Made by a program: the position numbers and the translations under genes. From IMG/VR virus record IMGVR_UViG_3300021092_000008: a stretch of 64,000 bases of DNA, one strand, 5' to 3'. Source of the DNA: a virus. This document shows positions 25,001 through 33,900 of the stretch, piece after piece (the first letter of the stretch is position 1; each line of letters opens with the position of its first letter). A model generated the notes under the pieces. It was not told the DNA's origin and ran no database searches. It saw nothing but the letters and a program-made list of their open reading frames with translations.

Positions 25001-27281
25001 AGATGTAGATATCACTTCTACCTTAACTGTAGTTGGTGAAGTCAATGCTGATAATTTAAGATTAGATGGTAATGTAATTAGCTCGACAAACGCCGATGGT
25101 AATATTACGTTAACTCCTAACGGCACTGGTGTAGTAGAAACTGTAAATAATGTTAACTTTGGTACAGTTTCTGATTTATCTATACTTACTGTAGTTGGCG
25201 AAGTTCAAATTGATGATATCAATATCAACGGCAGTACCATTACAAATACACAAGTTATTAATGGAGATATTACCATTACAGCGAATGGTAATGGTGGTGT
25301 GGTAATTGAAGAAATTAGAATTGTATCAAATGAAATTACTTCCTCAAATACTTTAATTGTCATCGATCCTGGAGTAGTAGGAAATAATAGCGGTGATGTA
25401 CAGATTAGAGGTAATTTAATTGTAGACGGAGTTACAACTACCGTAAACTCATCCACAATTTCTATTGATGATAAAAATATTGAATTAGGTGCCATAGATA
25501 CACCATCAGATCCTGCTGCTAATGGTGGTGGTATTACACTACACGCGACTCAAGATAAGACTATTACTTGGAATGCTTCTAGCAATTATTGGACTACTAA
25601 TGTAGGTCTAGAAGTTCAAGGCGATTTATATGTTGATGGTGGTGCTGTATATCATAATTCATTAACCGATAAATTAACCGTCAACAACTTAGAATTTACT
25701 ACTAATGCTATTAAATCAAATAGTGGTGATCTTAATTTTGATGTAAGTAACTCAACAAACGATTTTGTATTTAATGGTCAGTTAACTGGTTCAAATGCTA
25801 TCGTAGCTAGAACTGTTAATTATACTCAGACATTAGGAATTGATATTCCTACAGGCAGTTTAACAACCATAGGAGATTTAACTTCAAGAAATATAGTTAC
25901 TAGAAATGGATTAATTCTTTCTGGAAATCAACTAATTCAAAATATTTCTTATAATACAAAATCTTTTGGTGTTATCTGTAGATTAAGTACTTTTGATCCT
26001 GATGTTCCTTTAATTAGTAATGGTTCTTATTCCAACATAGTATTATCTGGCGGATCTGGATCTGGTGCTGTAATTTCTGTATTGGTTGAAAGCCAAAATA
26101 TTCTACCAGAAAATATTGCTTTTGTAAGTGGTGGATTTGGTTATTTAATAAATGATTCATTAACTGGTAATATTGGTGGTTATACTATAACTTTCTCAGT
26201 TACTGATGTTTCTGGATCTGGTATTAATATCAAACCATCAACAAATGGTATTGTACAAATTGATACTACTACTGGATTAAGAGTTCCTGTTGGTAATTTC
26301 GCTCAAAGACCAACAACAGAAGCTGTTAGGGGATTAATTAGATTCAATACCGAACAGTGGGGATTTGAAGGTTATGATGGAAACCAATGGGGATCTGTAG
26401 GTGGAGTAAGAGATGTTGATGGTAATACTTATTTAATTGCCGAATCTGCTCCAGCAGCAAATGAAAACATCTTCTATTTCTATAATAATTCTGTAAATTC
26501 TACTAGATTATCTATTTCAAAATTAGAATTTGATACAGTAAGAACTATTTCTACAATATTCAATGCCAGCAAAAAATATGATTTAGTATTCAGTGAATCT
26601 GCTGGTGTGAGCAAGTTAGAATTACAAGGCGATGTTCTTGAATTAACTTCAACAGTATCATCTGGTAATTTGCTAACTGTTAAAAAATCTAGTGGTGTTG
26701 ATCCAGAAATTTTAGAACTAAGAAATACAAATCTATCATTAAATAATGACATTTTAAATATCAATTTTAATAATGCTCCTATTATTTCAACAAACAAAGA
26801 TACTCTAACTTTAAATATTAATGGAACTGATTTTATTAGATTCTCAAATCAAGGATCAGGAACTGCTGCTATTGAAATAGATTATGATGATCAGGGAACA
26901 TTTGAAACGTTTGTAGATAACACAGGCAAATTTGTAAATCTAGATGATTTTACAATTAAAGGTATTTCTGGGGTATCATTTACTCAAGACATTATTATTG
27001 GTACATGTGATACTAACATTTATAGATCTGGTAAAGTATTAGTACAAACTTCTTCTGCCGCTTCGGAATATGAAATAACAGAGCTTACATTTGTTGTAGA
27101 TGATTCCAATAATGTTTATTTCTCCGAAAGTAGTGATGTATTTACTGGACAAAAATTAGTTGAATATTCATTAGGCGTAATAAATGGTGTGCTAAATATT
27201 ACAGTAAATAAAATCCCTGGATATGATGATCCTAATGTTGAATTTACATCAAAATTCACAAGTACTTTAATTAAAAAATAA
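16011..27281 (+). CDS. Giant tail fibre / structural protein: N-terminal pectin-lyase-like beta-helix, LamG/ConA-like domain and long repeated shaft
   Basis: WYVTTNG...TVKYAL...GDTIHIGPGTFEEIFPL beta-helix start. LamG-like DFTVDFW...WYHVALSR...LFLNG...GYIDEFRLSKG. Five units of about 190 aa and many DNLRIDGN-ISSTNTNGNITL repeats. Confidence 0.75.
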   Translation: MAVRNVAKTFTLEQQRQQLNLIGADLGDVSTLNTPLPNTLARAINYLDGTVSSYEGTVWYVTTNGVDSVDVDPESPGYRKNPGRTRNVALRTVKYALALASSGDTIHIGPGTFEEIFPLTIPAGVVVKGTAIRSTKIVPTTATRTKDCFLLNGDTGVEDLTIGGMLFDPLLNTGWAFRFAQDSITLERSPYLQRVTVLNKGSVTSATDPYGYDANDAGGGILVDGAVVQYNTLEPAILCNEITLICANAIALKITNGARVEWINCFSYFAEYGILAESGDLGLSGQGRTRLRLSGVTGTISPNDIVKYFDASGNLVASGVIESTAVGNYLILTNKGTGFFANAADRTAKVATLVGSTAISTSQFKFGNASLFFPETTSYLTYASDPDFDLGTGDFTVDFWVRRTASNTQVLYDQRTLAGDTLPVIYISGGVLRYYTAGSDRIVGATTMATNTWYHVALSRKTGVTRLFLNGNLQGSPYTDTNVYPQSTIRIGANYNGTSGLTGYIDEFRLSKGIGRYDTTFTPASFAYANDDFNTLLLHLDGTNNSTIIVDDSVVIQDIRIRNAEDTATVATAARIILADYQQFGAELRSISSAAEFGDYGVKADGTGCKLRLISFNLNFVGSGKDFTADETKAIEGNEIVEANGGDVSYVTIDQRGNVKIGDVFEVDQRQGTLNFGSQAFSVSSLSNITVTDNVDSVVITPTNITVGNLDFTGNTIETTTGDITIAPAGAGSTTIDSNLFVTGTFDITGDISTNADVNFGAISDPSTVTIVGQLNADNLRIDGNTLSSTNTNGNITLSANGTGVIETVNDVNLGTSGDSSTLTVVGQFNADNLRIDGNTLSSTNTNGDIILDANGTGDVVLTGGASQDFIINDGTTPTPVNKFVVNSTTGDVTTEGDITIKGGDITVSAVATNVAIIDNNASSFTIKEGTNSYVTLNTTNGGESITLHKNTNIGGNLIVDGDITFRAGQGSNGSITLGDVSTDSIAFNAQVSSNVLPLTSNTYDFGNTTFRWKDIWTQSNLYAANLRINTNTLSSTDTNGNIIFDPNGTGSVVITGGASQNFEINDGATTKFSVASTTGNTVSEGNLTVKGGTVTVSAVATNVAIIDNNAASFTIKEGANSYVTLNTTDGSESITLHKNTTVNGNLTVDGDITFRAGSGSAGTITLGDINTDNIVFNADINSSFIPDTNGTYDLGSTSQKWRTVYAGTGGYFANLLLDTNVISSTNADGNITVDPNGTGDFIFKGGTSQDFLINDGAGTPVTKFSVASTTGDVVAEGDLTVKGGDITVSAVATNVAIIDNNAASFTIKEGTNSYVTLNTTDTTESITLHKDTTFSTNVTITSNLTVNGNTTIGDSAINDTVTVTARVASDFVPSTTGTRDFGTSSLRWKDLYLSRGAYIGNLNVDVDDNTISSTNTNGNIIFDPNGTGNLQFTGGASQSFVINDGSVNKFSVVSTSGDTTTEGNLTVKGGTITVSNAATNIAIIDNNANALTIKEGTNSYITLASTDGAELITLHRNVSASGTVTVTGNTTLNGSVILGDAAADTLAVNAQITTSVNPNSSAAFDLGTSSLKWRDLQLSQKAYIGNVGITANTIGTENANGDLTIDPNGTGDFIFRGGTSQDFLINDGAATPATKFSVATTSGDIVTEGDLTVKGGDITVSAVATNVSIIDNSASAFTISEASNPYITLATTNGSESITLHKNTTVNGNLTVDGDITFRAGSSTPGTITLGDLNTDNIVFNADINSSFIPDTTGTYDLGSTSQKWRDIYISQKAYVGNLGLSVNTISSEDTDGNILLAPNGNGYVEVIGTNAFILPLGSTEEQPTGIAGMVRFNSTGTYFEGYNGTAWGSLGGVRSVDNQTFILPEKNPGEANNTLEFHTGGVSRLTLGRTLPTDPASALSMELSSTIPTFRINATTQSTSITTGALVIAGGVGIEKDLFIGGNINVAGTTLFTGTTTNTGTTNFGILNATTTADSVGETITSTGTVGTDFLLATTISTVAVGHRITFAGNFYADVTAITPGYIATVNTSSADPTRTAGTYTVGPVSGSLAGTVASFSITIDENGAASNVTIIDGGAGFAVAETITIPASDIGGTGDDLTLTVASINVKITAGSNWGTTLTGAFFIYDPLKITVTSAVGISAGQDVITFLSTNIASGTTVDSITATTITLSQNVSSPLSSTEVVFANIGDVILTGTFTADYIRLYGNVLSTTRVNTDLILKPNGIGKVTTTNDVNFGIASDESILTIIGQTNLDNIRIDGNVISSSDTNGNITLTPNGTGVVETVNDVNIGRPFNIFTEVPADEAILTVIGQTNIDNIRIDGNTISVTDYNGNLVLSPSGDGFVQTLSDVFFGVSGNESKLTIVGELVVDTFSLNGSTLSTSGNLTIQGGPTHTVTIQTPTQVNKNTTFGNTTTPLDVTVTVNGDLQVDNININGNTISTTNDNADLIITGNGTGGAYIEQIRIVDNIISTPTNTTLILDPKVVGDETGDVIVNANLAVLGTTSLESVSVEQTQSGNIKIENNNIIATNTNGSIILEANGAGTIQTINDVNFGTIGDLSTFTVVGETQIDNININGNTITSTNSGGLILETLSITNNVLGSSIVNSNIVITPNGAGKTVTSKDVDITATLTVVGQLNADNLRLDGNVISSTNTNGNITLTPNGSGVVETVNDVNFGTLADFSTLTVKGQFNIDNVRIDDSTISSIDTTGVIVETLKVTGNVLSSIGSNASIVLTPNGAGKVTTVNDVDFGTSTDLSTLTVLGQFNIDNIRVDGNVISSTNTNGNITLTPDGTGVVETVNDVNIGRLEDLSTLTVLGQFNIDNIRVDASTISSIDTTGVIVETLQITGNTLSSVATNGDINITPDGTGRIVTTKQVNITNTLNVVGQFNIDNIRVDGNVISSTNTDGNITLTPNGFGVVETVNDVNFGTVADNSTLTIVGQFNADNIRIDTSTISSIDTTGVIVETLKITGNILSSIDGNADIVLTPNGSGKTTTSKDVDITSTLTVVGEVNADNLRLDGNVISSTNADGNITLTPNGTGVVETVNNVNFGTVSDLSILTVVGEVQIDDININGSTITNTQVINGDITITANGNGGVVIEEIRIVSNEITSSNTLIVIDPGVVGNNSGDVQIRGNLIVDGVTTTVNSSTISIDDKNIELGAIDTPSDPAANGGGITLHATQDKTITWNASSNYWTTNVGLEVQGDLYVDGGAVYHNSLTDKLTVNNLEFTTNAIKSNSGDLNFDVSNSTNDFVFNGQLTGSNAIVARTVNYTQTLGIDIPTGSLTTIGDLTSRNIVTRNGLILSGNQLIQNISYNTKSFGVICRLSTFDPDVPLISNGSYSNIVLSGGSGSGAVISVLVESQNILPENIAFVSGGFGYLINDSLTGNIGGYTITFSVTDVSGSGINIKPSTNGIVQIDTTTGLRVPVGNFAQRPTTEAVRGLIRFNTEQWGFEGYDGNQWGSVGGVRDVDGNTYLIAESAPAANENIFYFYNNSVNSTRLSISKLEFDTVRTISTIFNASKKYDLVFSESAGVSKLELQGDVLELTSTVSSGNLLTVKKSSGVDPEILELRNTNLSLNNDILNINFNNAPIISTNKDTLTLNINGTDFIRFSNQGSGTAAIEIDYDDQGTFETFVDNTGKFVNLDDFTIKGISGVSFTQDIIIGTCDTNIYRSGKVLVQTSSAASEYEITELTFVVDDSNNVYFSESSDVFTGQKLVEYSLGVINGVLNITVNKIPGYDDPNVEFTSKFTSTLIKK
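18600..21420 (+). repeat. Five tandem units of about 565 bp (190 aa) in the 3756-aa fibre
   Basis: The core KGGxxTVSxxATNVAIIDNNAxxFTIKEGxNSYxTLxTTxGxESITLHKN recurs near 18715, 19280, 19855, 20415 and 20975. Confidence 0.85.
22600..25330 (+). repeat. Tandem 50-90 aa shaft repeats in the 3756-aa fibre
   Basis: Recurring DN[IL]R[ILV]DGNVISSTNTNGNITLTPNGxGVVETVNDVNFG...STLTVxGQF and TISSIDTTGVIVETL. Confidence 0.85.
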
Positions 27282-27283
27282 TA

Positions 27284-27847
27284 ATGTCTAAGCAAAATTT
27301 TATTGCTGGTAAAGGATTCAGTGTAGAAGATAATGATGGTGTAGTAACTTCTTTTATAGAAGTAGCTTCTGGTCATAATATTGAACTAAAAAACTTAACG
27401 ACGCTTAATCAAAATCATACTTTTTTGGGTGACCTGTCCCAAAAAAATGATTATATTTTAGTTGCTAGAACTACTTTTAATCAGGCTACTCAAACTTTTA
27501 CATTGGGTGATTATACACAGACATTAGGTGTTTATCCACAACTTCCCAATAACTCGTTGAACATAATAAAAAGTAGTATTGTTGCTACAAATGCTTCCGA
27601 TAGTTCTTACAGACTATCTTTAAATTATGATCTGTCTGTTTTATGTACTAATAATACTATTACACAAATTAGTGATATTGAAACATCTTTTGCCGAAGAT
27701 TTTCCAACAGGATTTATTTGGTCTGTAGTACCATATATACAAAATAGATTTTTATCATTTACTGCTACTGGTAATCCAGGAACTGCTAATCAGCAAGTTT
27801 TGTGGATGTGTTATCTACAAATCATCTCATCAACATTTTTAACATAA
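27284..27847 (+). CDS. Hypothetical virion-associated protein
   Basis: 187-aa ORF tightly packed between the two fibre genes. No motif recognised. Confidence 0.65.
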   Translation: MSKQNFIAGKGFSVEDNDGVVTSFIEVASGHNIELKNLTTLNQNHTFLGDLSQKNDYILVARTTFNQATQTFTLGDYTQTLGVYPQLPNNSLNIIKSSIVATNASDSSYRLSLNYDLSVLCTNNTITQISDIETSFAEDFPTGFIWSVVPYIQNRFLSFTATGNPGTANQQVLWMCYLQIISSTFLT

Positions 27848-27850
27848 ATA
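27843..27850 (+). promoter_or_regulatory. Late promoter variant CATAAATA upstream of the 5704-aa fibre gene
   Basis: CATAAATA overlaps the stop codon of the preceding ORF, the same arrangement as at 45014. Confidence 0.6.
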
Positions 27851-27903
27851 CCTTTATATAAAAGGTTTTTCACTTTTAACAGCAAATACGGGGCTATTGA
27901 AAA

Positions 27904-30900
27904 ATGAGCTTAAAGTTCAATCCTAACAAGCAAATTATTGAATCAACTGAGCTTAATATAAACGGTAAATCTTTCGTAACTATAAGTTCGGGAGAAGGAC
28001 TTGAAAGTAAGGAAATTATTAGAGTAGTTAGAAAAAATGGTGCTTCTAGAGTAGGTCTTAATAGGACTGGCGAAAGGATAGCAAAAGTAAATATTACTAA
28101 TCCTGGAGTTGGATATTTAATTACTCCAACTATTACAGTATCACAACCAGATATTATTAGCCGAAATTCAAAAGTAGCTGTTCTAAGTGCTGTAAGAGAT
28201 CCAGATACTGGAAGTATTATTTCAGTTATTATTACAGATCCTGGTAGAGGATATTCTCAACCACCAACAATAGTATTTGCAGAAGCTCCTTTAGGTGGAG
28301 TTACCGCTCAGGGTACGTGTGAATTAGACACTATTGACTTTGAATTAGATGTTCTTGGTGCTATTAGAACATCTGCTTCTATTGTTAGCGATAGTGCTAC
28401 GGTTACTAATTTAAACGTACAAAATTTTGTAACTCCTGGTATTTTACTTAGAGCTCCACGTCTAGGTTCATACACAAATTTAACAAATGCGAATCTACCT
28501 TTTTACGGTCAAACTGTTTATCCAGAGTTAACTGCTACTCCTCCTCTACAAGATCAAAGTAGAAGAATTGCCACCACAGAATTTGTTTACAATGTTGCCA
28601 CAAATGACGTAGGTGGTCGTATCTATGTTTCTTCTGAAATTGGTAGTGATACAAATAATGGTAGATCTCCTGCCAAACCAGTTAGGACAATCAAAAAAGC
28701 TGCTCAATTAGCAGCTGCTACTCCAAGTAGAGAAACTTTAATTGTTGCTGGTGGCGAATATTACGAAGATAACCCAATTTCAATTCCACCATTGTGTTCG
28801 GTTATTGGTGATAACTTACGTTTAGTAATCGTTAGACCAGTAAATCCAGGGCGCCATATGTTCAAGGCGTCCAACCAAAACTATATGAATGGTCTTACCT
28901 TCCGTGATGCTTTGGATTCGGAAGGTAACCCAGTATATACTCATAACTTTGCTTTTGTATTTGATGATAAGCAAAGATTTTACTTTGATGATGAGATTGG
29001 TGGAAATGATACTAGAATTGATGGGACAGAATCTTTCAGAAGAAGGTTCCCAATCGGTCACAAAATGTTCGGGCAAAAAAGTGCCATTCTTAACATTAAA
29101 GAACATACTGGTGACGTTGCTAAATTAAATGCTTTAATTACAGCAGGAACTAATATTGTTGGGCAACAAACGTCGTGTTCAGCAACTTTAACGTCTATTA
29201 TTTCTGCTACTCCTGCTCCTGATTATGTGTGGGAAGCTGAGCAAGAATATTTAGTTGGGGATATTGTAAGAGTAAGCAATTCAATTTATAAAGTAACCAC
29301 CTCAGGAAGTAGTGGAACTATTGCTTATAGTGGTGTATTAGCTACACCAAAAAATGCTGTAAACGGATCATCTGCATATATCTATTTGGGTGATAGAAGA
29401 GAAGCATCTTTAAATATTACAGTAAATGATAATTCTCCATCACAGTCTTTTGCTGATGATGAAGTTATTTCATACGTAATAAATTCTGTTACTTATCTAG
29501 CTAACGTAGCATTATTTAAATCAACTAGAGCAGAAGGTGAAGTTGTAAAATATGGCGAGACAGAATTAAGAGAATACATTGTAGAAGAAATTGATGCTAG
29601 TAAATGGTCTACTCACCCAACGCCAGGTGATAATGGTCAATTAACTCCTGGTAGTGGTGGTATAATTTTTAAATTTGCTGGTCTTCATGAATTTAAAGAA
29701 TTCGATATTGTTTTTATATCAAAACCAAATAATGCCCCAGTTGCTTTAAATTCATTCTTTGGTTTTCAAAGAGTTGATCAAGTTTTATATGATGCTGACG
29801 GTTTTTCTAGAAGAATTGTCGTTAAGAAACAAATTCAACCAAGTTACACCTCAGTATATTTACCACCAATTGGACAGTGTAAAGCAAAAGCAAAAACAAA
29901 GTATGTCGAGATTTCGCTATTAAACTCTCCATATGGATTTACTGATTCTACATTTACATCATATAGATTTATAGATGCTGTAACATTTATTAGAAATAAT
30001 AGAGATTTTATCGCTGAAGAAATTACTGGAGCAATTAGTTCTCGTTATCCAGATTTTGTCTATCCTGGTACAAATGCTAGTAGATTAAGATTTAAAGATG
30101 CTAGAAATTTAATCTACAAAAATTTAGATTTTATTGCCGATGAAGCTATTGGATGGTTGTGGAATGAATCAAACTTTGCTACTTGGGGAGCAGCAAACTT
30201 AGCATTAAAAAGTAAATGCCGTAGAGATGTCAAGATCTTTTTAAGAGGTCTGGCAAATGATTTATATGACGGATCAAATAAGAGTACAATTGTTGTAACC
30301 AGATCTTATTTTAATGCCATTACTGGAGTGCCAATTCCTAATGGTCTTGTTGGTGTTGAACCTCAATCTATTGCTGTTTTCACCAAAGCTGCTGAATATG
30401 CAAAATTAGCTGTTAACAATTCATTGCCTATAACTCCAACTTATTCGCCGTTAAAAGCATATAGAGATCTTTCAATAACTCATGATCCAACAACATACTT
30501 AACTGTTGGGGAAAATAATTGTGCTAACGTTAAAACCGCTATTACTACTTTAACAACCATTTTAACTAGTGCTATTAGTGCTGGCAATTTGACTGGATTA
30601 CCACCAGTTAGTTCTGACGATGGTGCTTCAGATGGAGAAAATCTTTGTAAGAGAGATCTTAAACATATTTTAAATGCTGTTATTGCCGATCTCCCATATG
30701 GTGGCAACGCTACTTCAATCGAAGCGGCAAAATCATATAGAAATAATTCTACTCAATCAGTTGAATATATTGATAACCAGCATAGACAATCTCGTTTTGC
30801 TTTCCAATTAGCAAGAGATTATGCTATTCTTGCCATGAGAAATTGGCAAACAAAAATTAGTCTGAAGTTTAAAAAAGATAGTGATATTGTTGAAGTTGTT

Positions 30901-33900
30901 TCAGCAGCAGGAACAATTGGTCTTGTTCCCAAAATGAGATTATATTCTTATAATAATCTAGAACAACAAGTAGAAACAGATTACTTCATTAAAGAAGTTG
31001 TATCTCCAACTCAAATAAGAATCTGGAAATTTAATACAGGTCTTTCTGGAGCAGATCACACTTTTGCTGATGGTGAAATAACAGGCTTTAAAACAAGAAA
31101 TATTAATTTAAAACTTAGTGAAGGTGAAACATCATTTACACCAATTTGGACAGATGATTTAGTTCCAAGAACTACCAACTATCCAGAATTTCCAGAATGT
31201 ACTAACGTTGCTGTTACATTAACAAACTTATTTACTTTAATTGATGATATTGTAGTAAACAATACGGATGATCGTTACTTTGACGCTACAAATCAGATAG
31301 AATTTAATAAAGATTTTATTGCTGAGGAAGTTAATGGTTGGTTAAAAGAGACATATGATGGATTTGCTTATCCATTACCAACTTTTACCAAAACAGTTAT
31401 TGATACTTCAAACGCTGATGCTTATCCATCTTTTATTCAAATAACTAATACTGCAAAAGTAAAGGTAGGGCAATTAGTAACTAGCGGTGACGCTATTCAA
31501 GATAATACATACATTACTTCTATTGATGTAGAAAATAAAATTTTATATCTAAGTAAATCATTAGAAAGTGAGATGGATAGTGTTACTATTCATCCTGATG
31601 TATATCTTGATGAGTCGATGAGATATAAGGACGCTTCTAACCTTATTCTCAAAAACAAAAACGAAATTACTGACAAAGCACTTGCTCAGATTGCTGTAGA
31701 ATTTCCAGACTTCGTTTTCCCTGGAAATTCAGTTACTGACGAATTCAGTAGATTTGCTGATGGATACCGTTTAATTACTCAAAATATCAAAGAAATTGTT
31801 GATCGTTCTTCAGCAGAAGTTGCTGTACAACATCCAGATTTTTATTTCCCTGCCGATGCTCAAACTACAAAGAGATCAAGATTTAAAGATGCTTATCGAT
31901 TAATCCAATTAAACAAACAGGAAATTATTGATACTGCTTATGCTACTATGGAAGCAAATGGTCTTCCATCCCCAGCTCCAACTGATCTAGAATCTAAGTG
32001 TAAGCGTGACATTGGTTTGTTAGTTGATTACGTATCACTTGATGTATTTGTTGGTGGCAACACCTATGCCAGAAAGTTTGTTCTAACATATTTCAATGGC
32101 AACACATTTATTCCAGATGGTTTGGAAGGAGAAGTTCCTCAGTCAATAACAGCATTCAATGCTGCTAGAGATTTGATGAAGCAAGCTATTGCTAATCAAT
32201 TAACAGTTAAAGATTTAACCATCACTCCTGGTGCTGCTACTTATGGTGGAGGTGGTGGAAACATTCCAAATGATAATGTTGGCGCTTGTGCTGATGTTCA
32301 ATCTGCTATCACATCATTAGTTGCTGTTGTAACTGACGTACTAACATCATTAAACATCAATAATCTAGTAAAAGAAAATGATGGCAACAATAACCGTTAC
32401 GAAGATTCGGCGGATTTAATTTATAATAACAAGCAAGAAATTATTGATCGTGCTGCTGCTCAGATTGCTGTGGAGTATCCAGATTTCTATTATCCTGGCG
32501 ATCCTCAAACTACATCTTCTTCAAGATTTAGAGATTCGTATCGTTTAATTCAGCAGAATAGGCAGCAAATTATTGACCGTGCTGCTGCTGAAATTGCTAT
32601 ACAATTCCCAGATTTCTATTATCCTGGAGATGCTCAAACAACTCCTACATCTAGATTTAAAGATGCTTATCGTTTAATTCAATTAAATCGAGATGAAATT
32701 ATAGCAAATGCTTATGCTGCTATTTTAATATTCAATCCAGAATTTGTAAATCCAAATCCACAAAAATGCCAGAGAGATATTGGTATTTTCGTCGATGCTT
32801 TATCTTTGGATATTTCTAATGGTGGTGGTAATACATATACTCGTAAATTTGTACTACAATATTTTAATAATGGTATTCCTATTTCCAATGGTCTTCTAGG
32901 AGAAGAAGCGGAATCAAATGTTGCTTTTAATAAAGCAAGAGACGAGATGAATAGGGCTGTTGCTAACCAGTTAACAGTTAAAGATCTTACTATTACCGCA
33001 GATCCAACACCTGGATCTGGAACTGTATCGAATACAAATCCCGACTCCTGTGCTAACGTTCAAGCAGCTATTACTAGCTTAGCACTTATTGTCACAGATA
33101 GAATTACTGCTGGTAATATAATTGGTTTACCATCTGAAACAACAGGAACGATTCCTGCTGGGGAAGCAAAGTGTAAGAGAGATTTAGCATACTTTGTTGA
33201 TTCTGTATCTCTAGATTTAACTTTAAAATCAAACAAATATTCACGTAAATTTGTACTACAATATTTTAATAATGGTATTCCTATTTCCAATGGTCTTGTA
33301 GACGAAACAGCTCAATCTGTAGTTGCTTTTAACATGGCTCGTGACATGATGAAGAATGCGATTACTAACCAGTTGTTCGCTAAAGATCTTACAATTACTC
33401 CAGACCCAGCACCTGGATCTGGAGCTGTATCAAATACAAATCCTAACTCCTGTACTAACGTAAGATCTACTATTGATACTTTATCTTCATTGATTACAGC
33501 AAGAATTACCGCAGGTAATTTAACTGGTCTTCCAGCAGAAGTAGAACCAGTTACACTCAAGGGAGAAACAAAGTGTAAGAGAGATATTGGGCAATTTGTT
33601 ATTGCTATTGAAGCTGATTTACGTCAATTAACCGATTTCAATACGAGAACATTCTTATCACGTTATTTCACTCCCGATGGTTCTTCTTGGATTAGTAATG
33701 GATTACAAAATGAGGAAGCACAATCTGTAGTTGCTTTTAACAAAGCAAGAGATGTAATTAATCAAGCGATCACCAATCAACTTTATTACAAAGACCTCAC
33801 AATTACAGCAGATCCTGTAACAGGAAGCAATGCCAATCCTTCTTCGTGTGCTGATGTTCAAACAGCAATTACAACTCTAACGACACTTGTAACAACCAGA

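Noticed and set aside
18300-25330. Repeats as a CRISPR array or diversity-generating retroelement template/variable pair
   Set aside because: The repeats are in-frame coding units without spacers. There is no adenine-specific mismatch pattern, and no cas or reverse transcriptase gene in the window.
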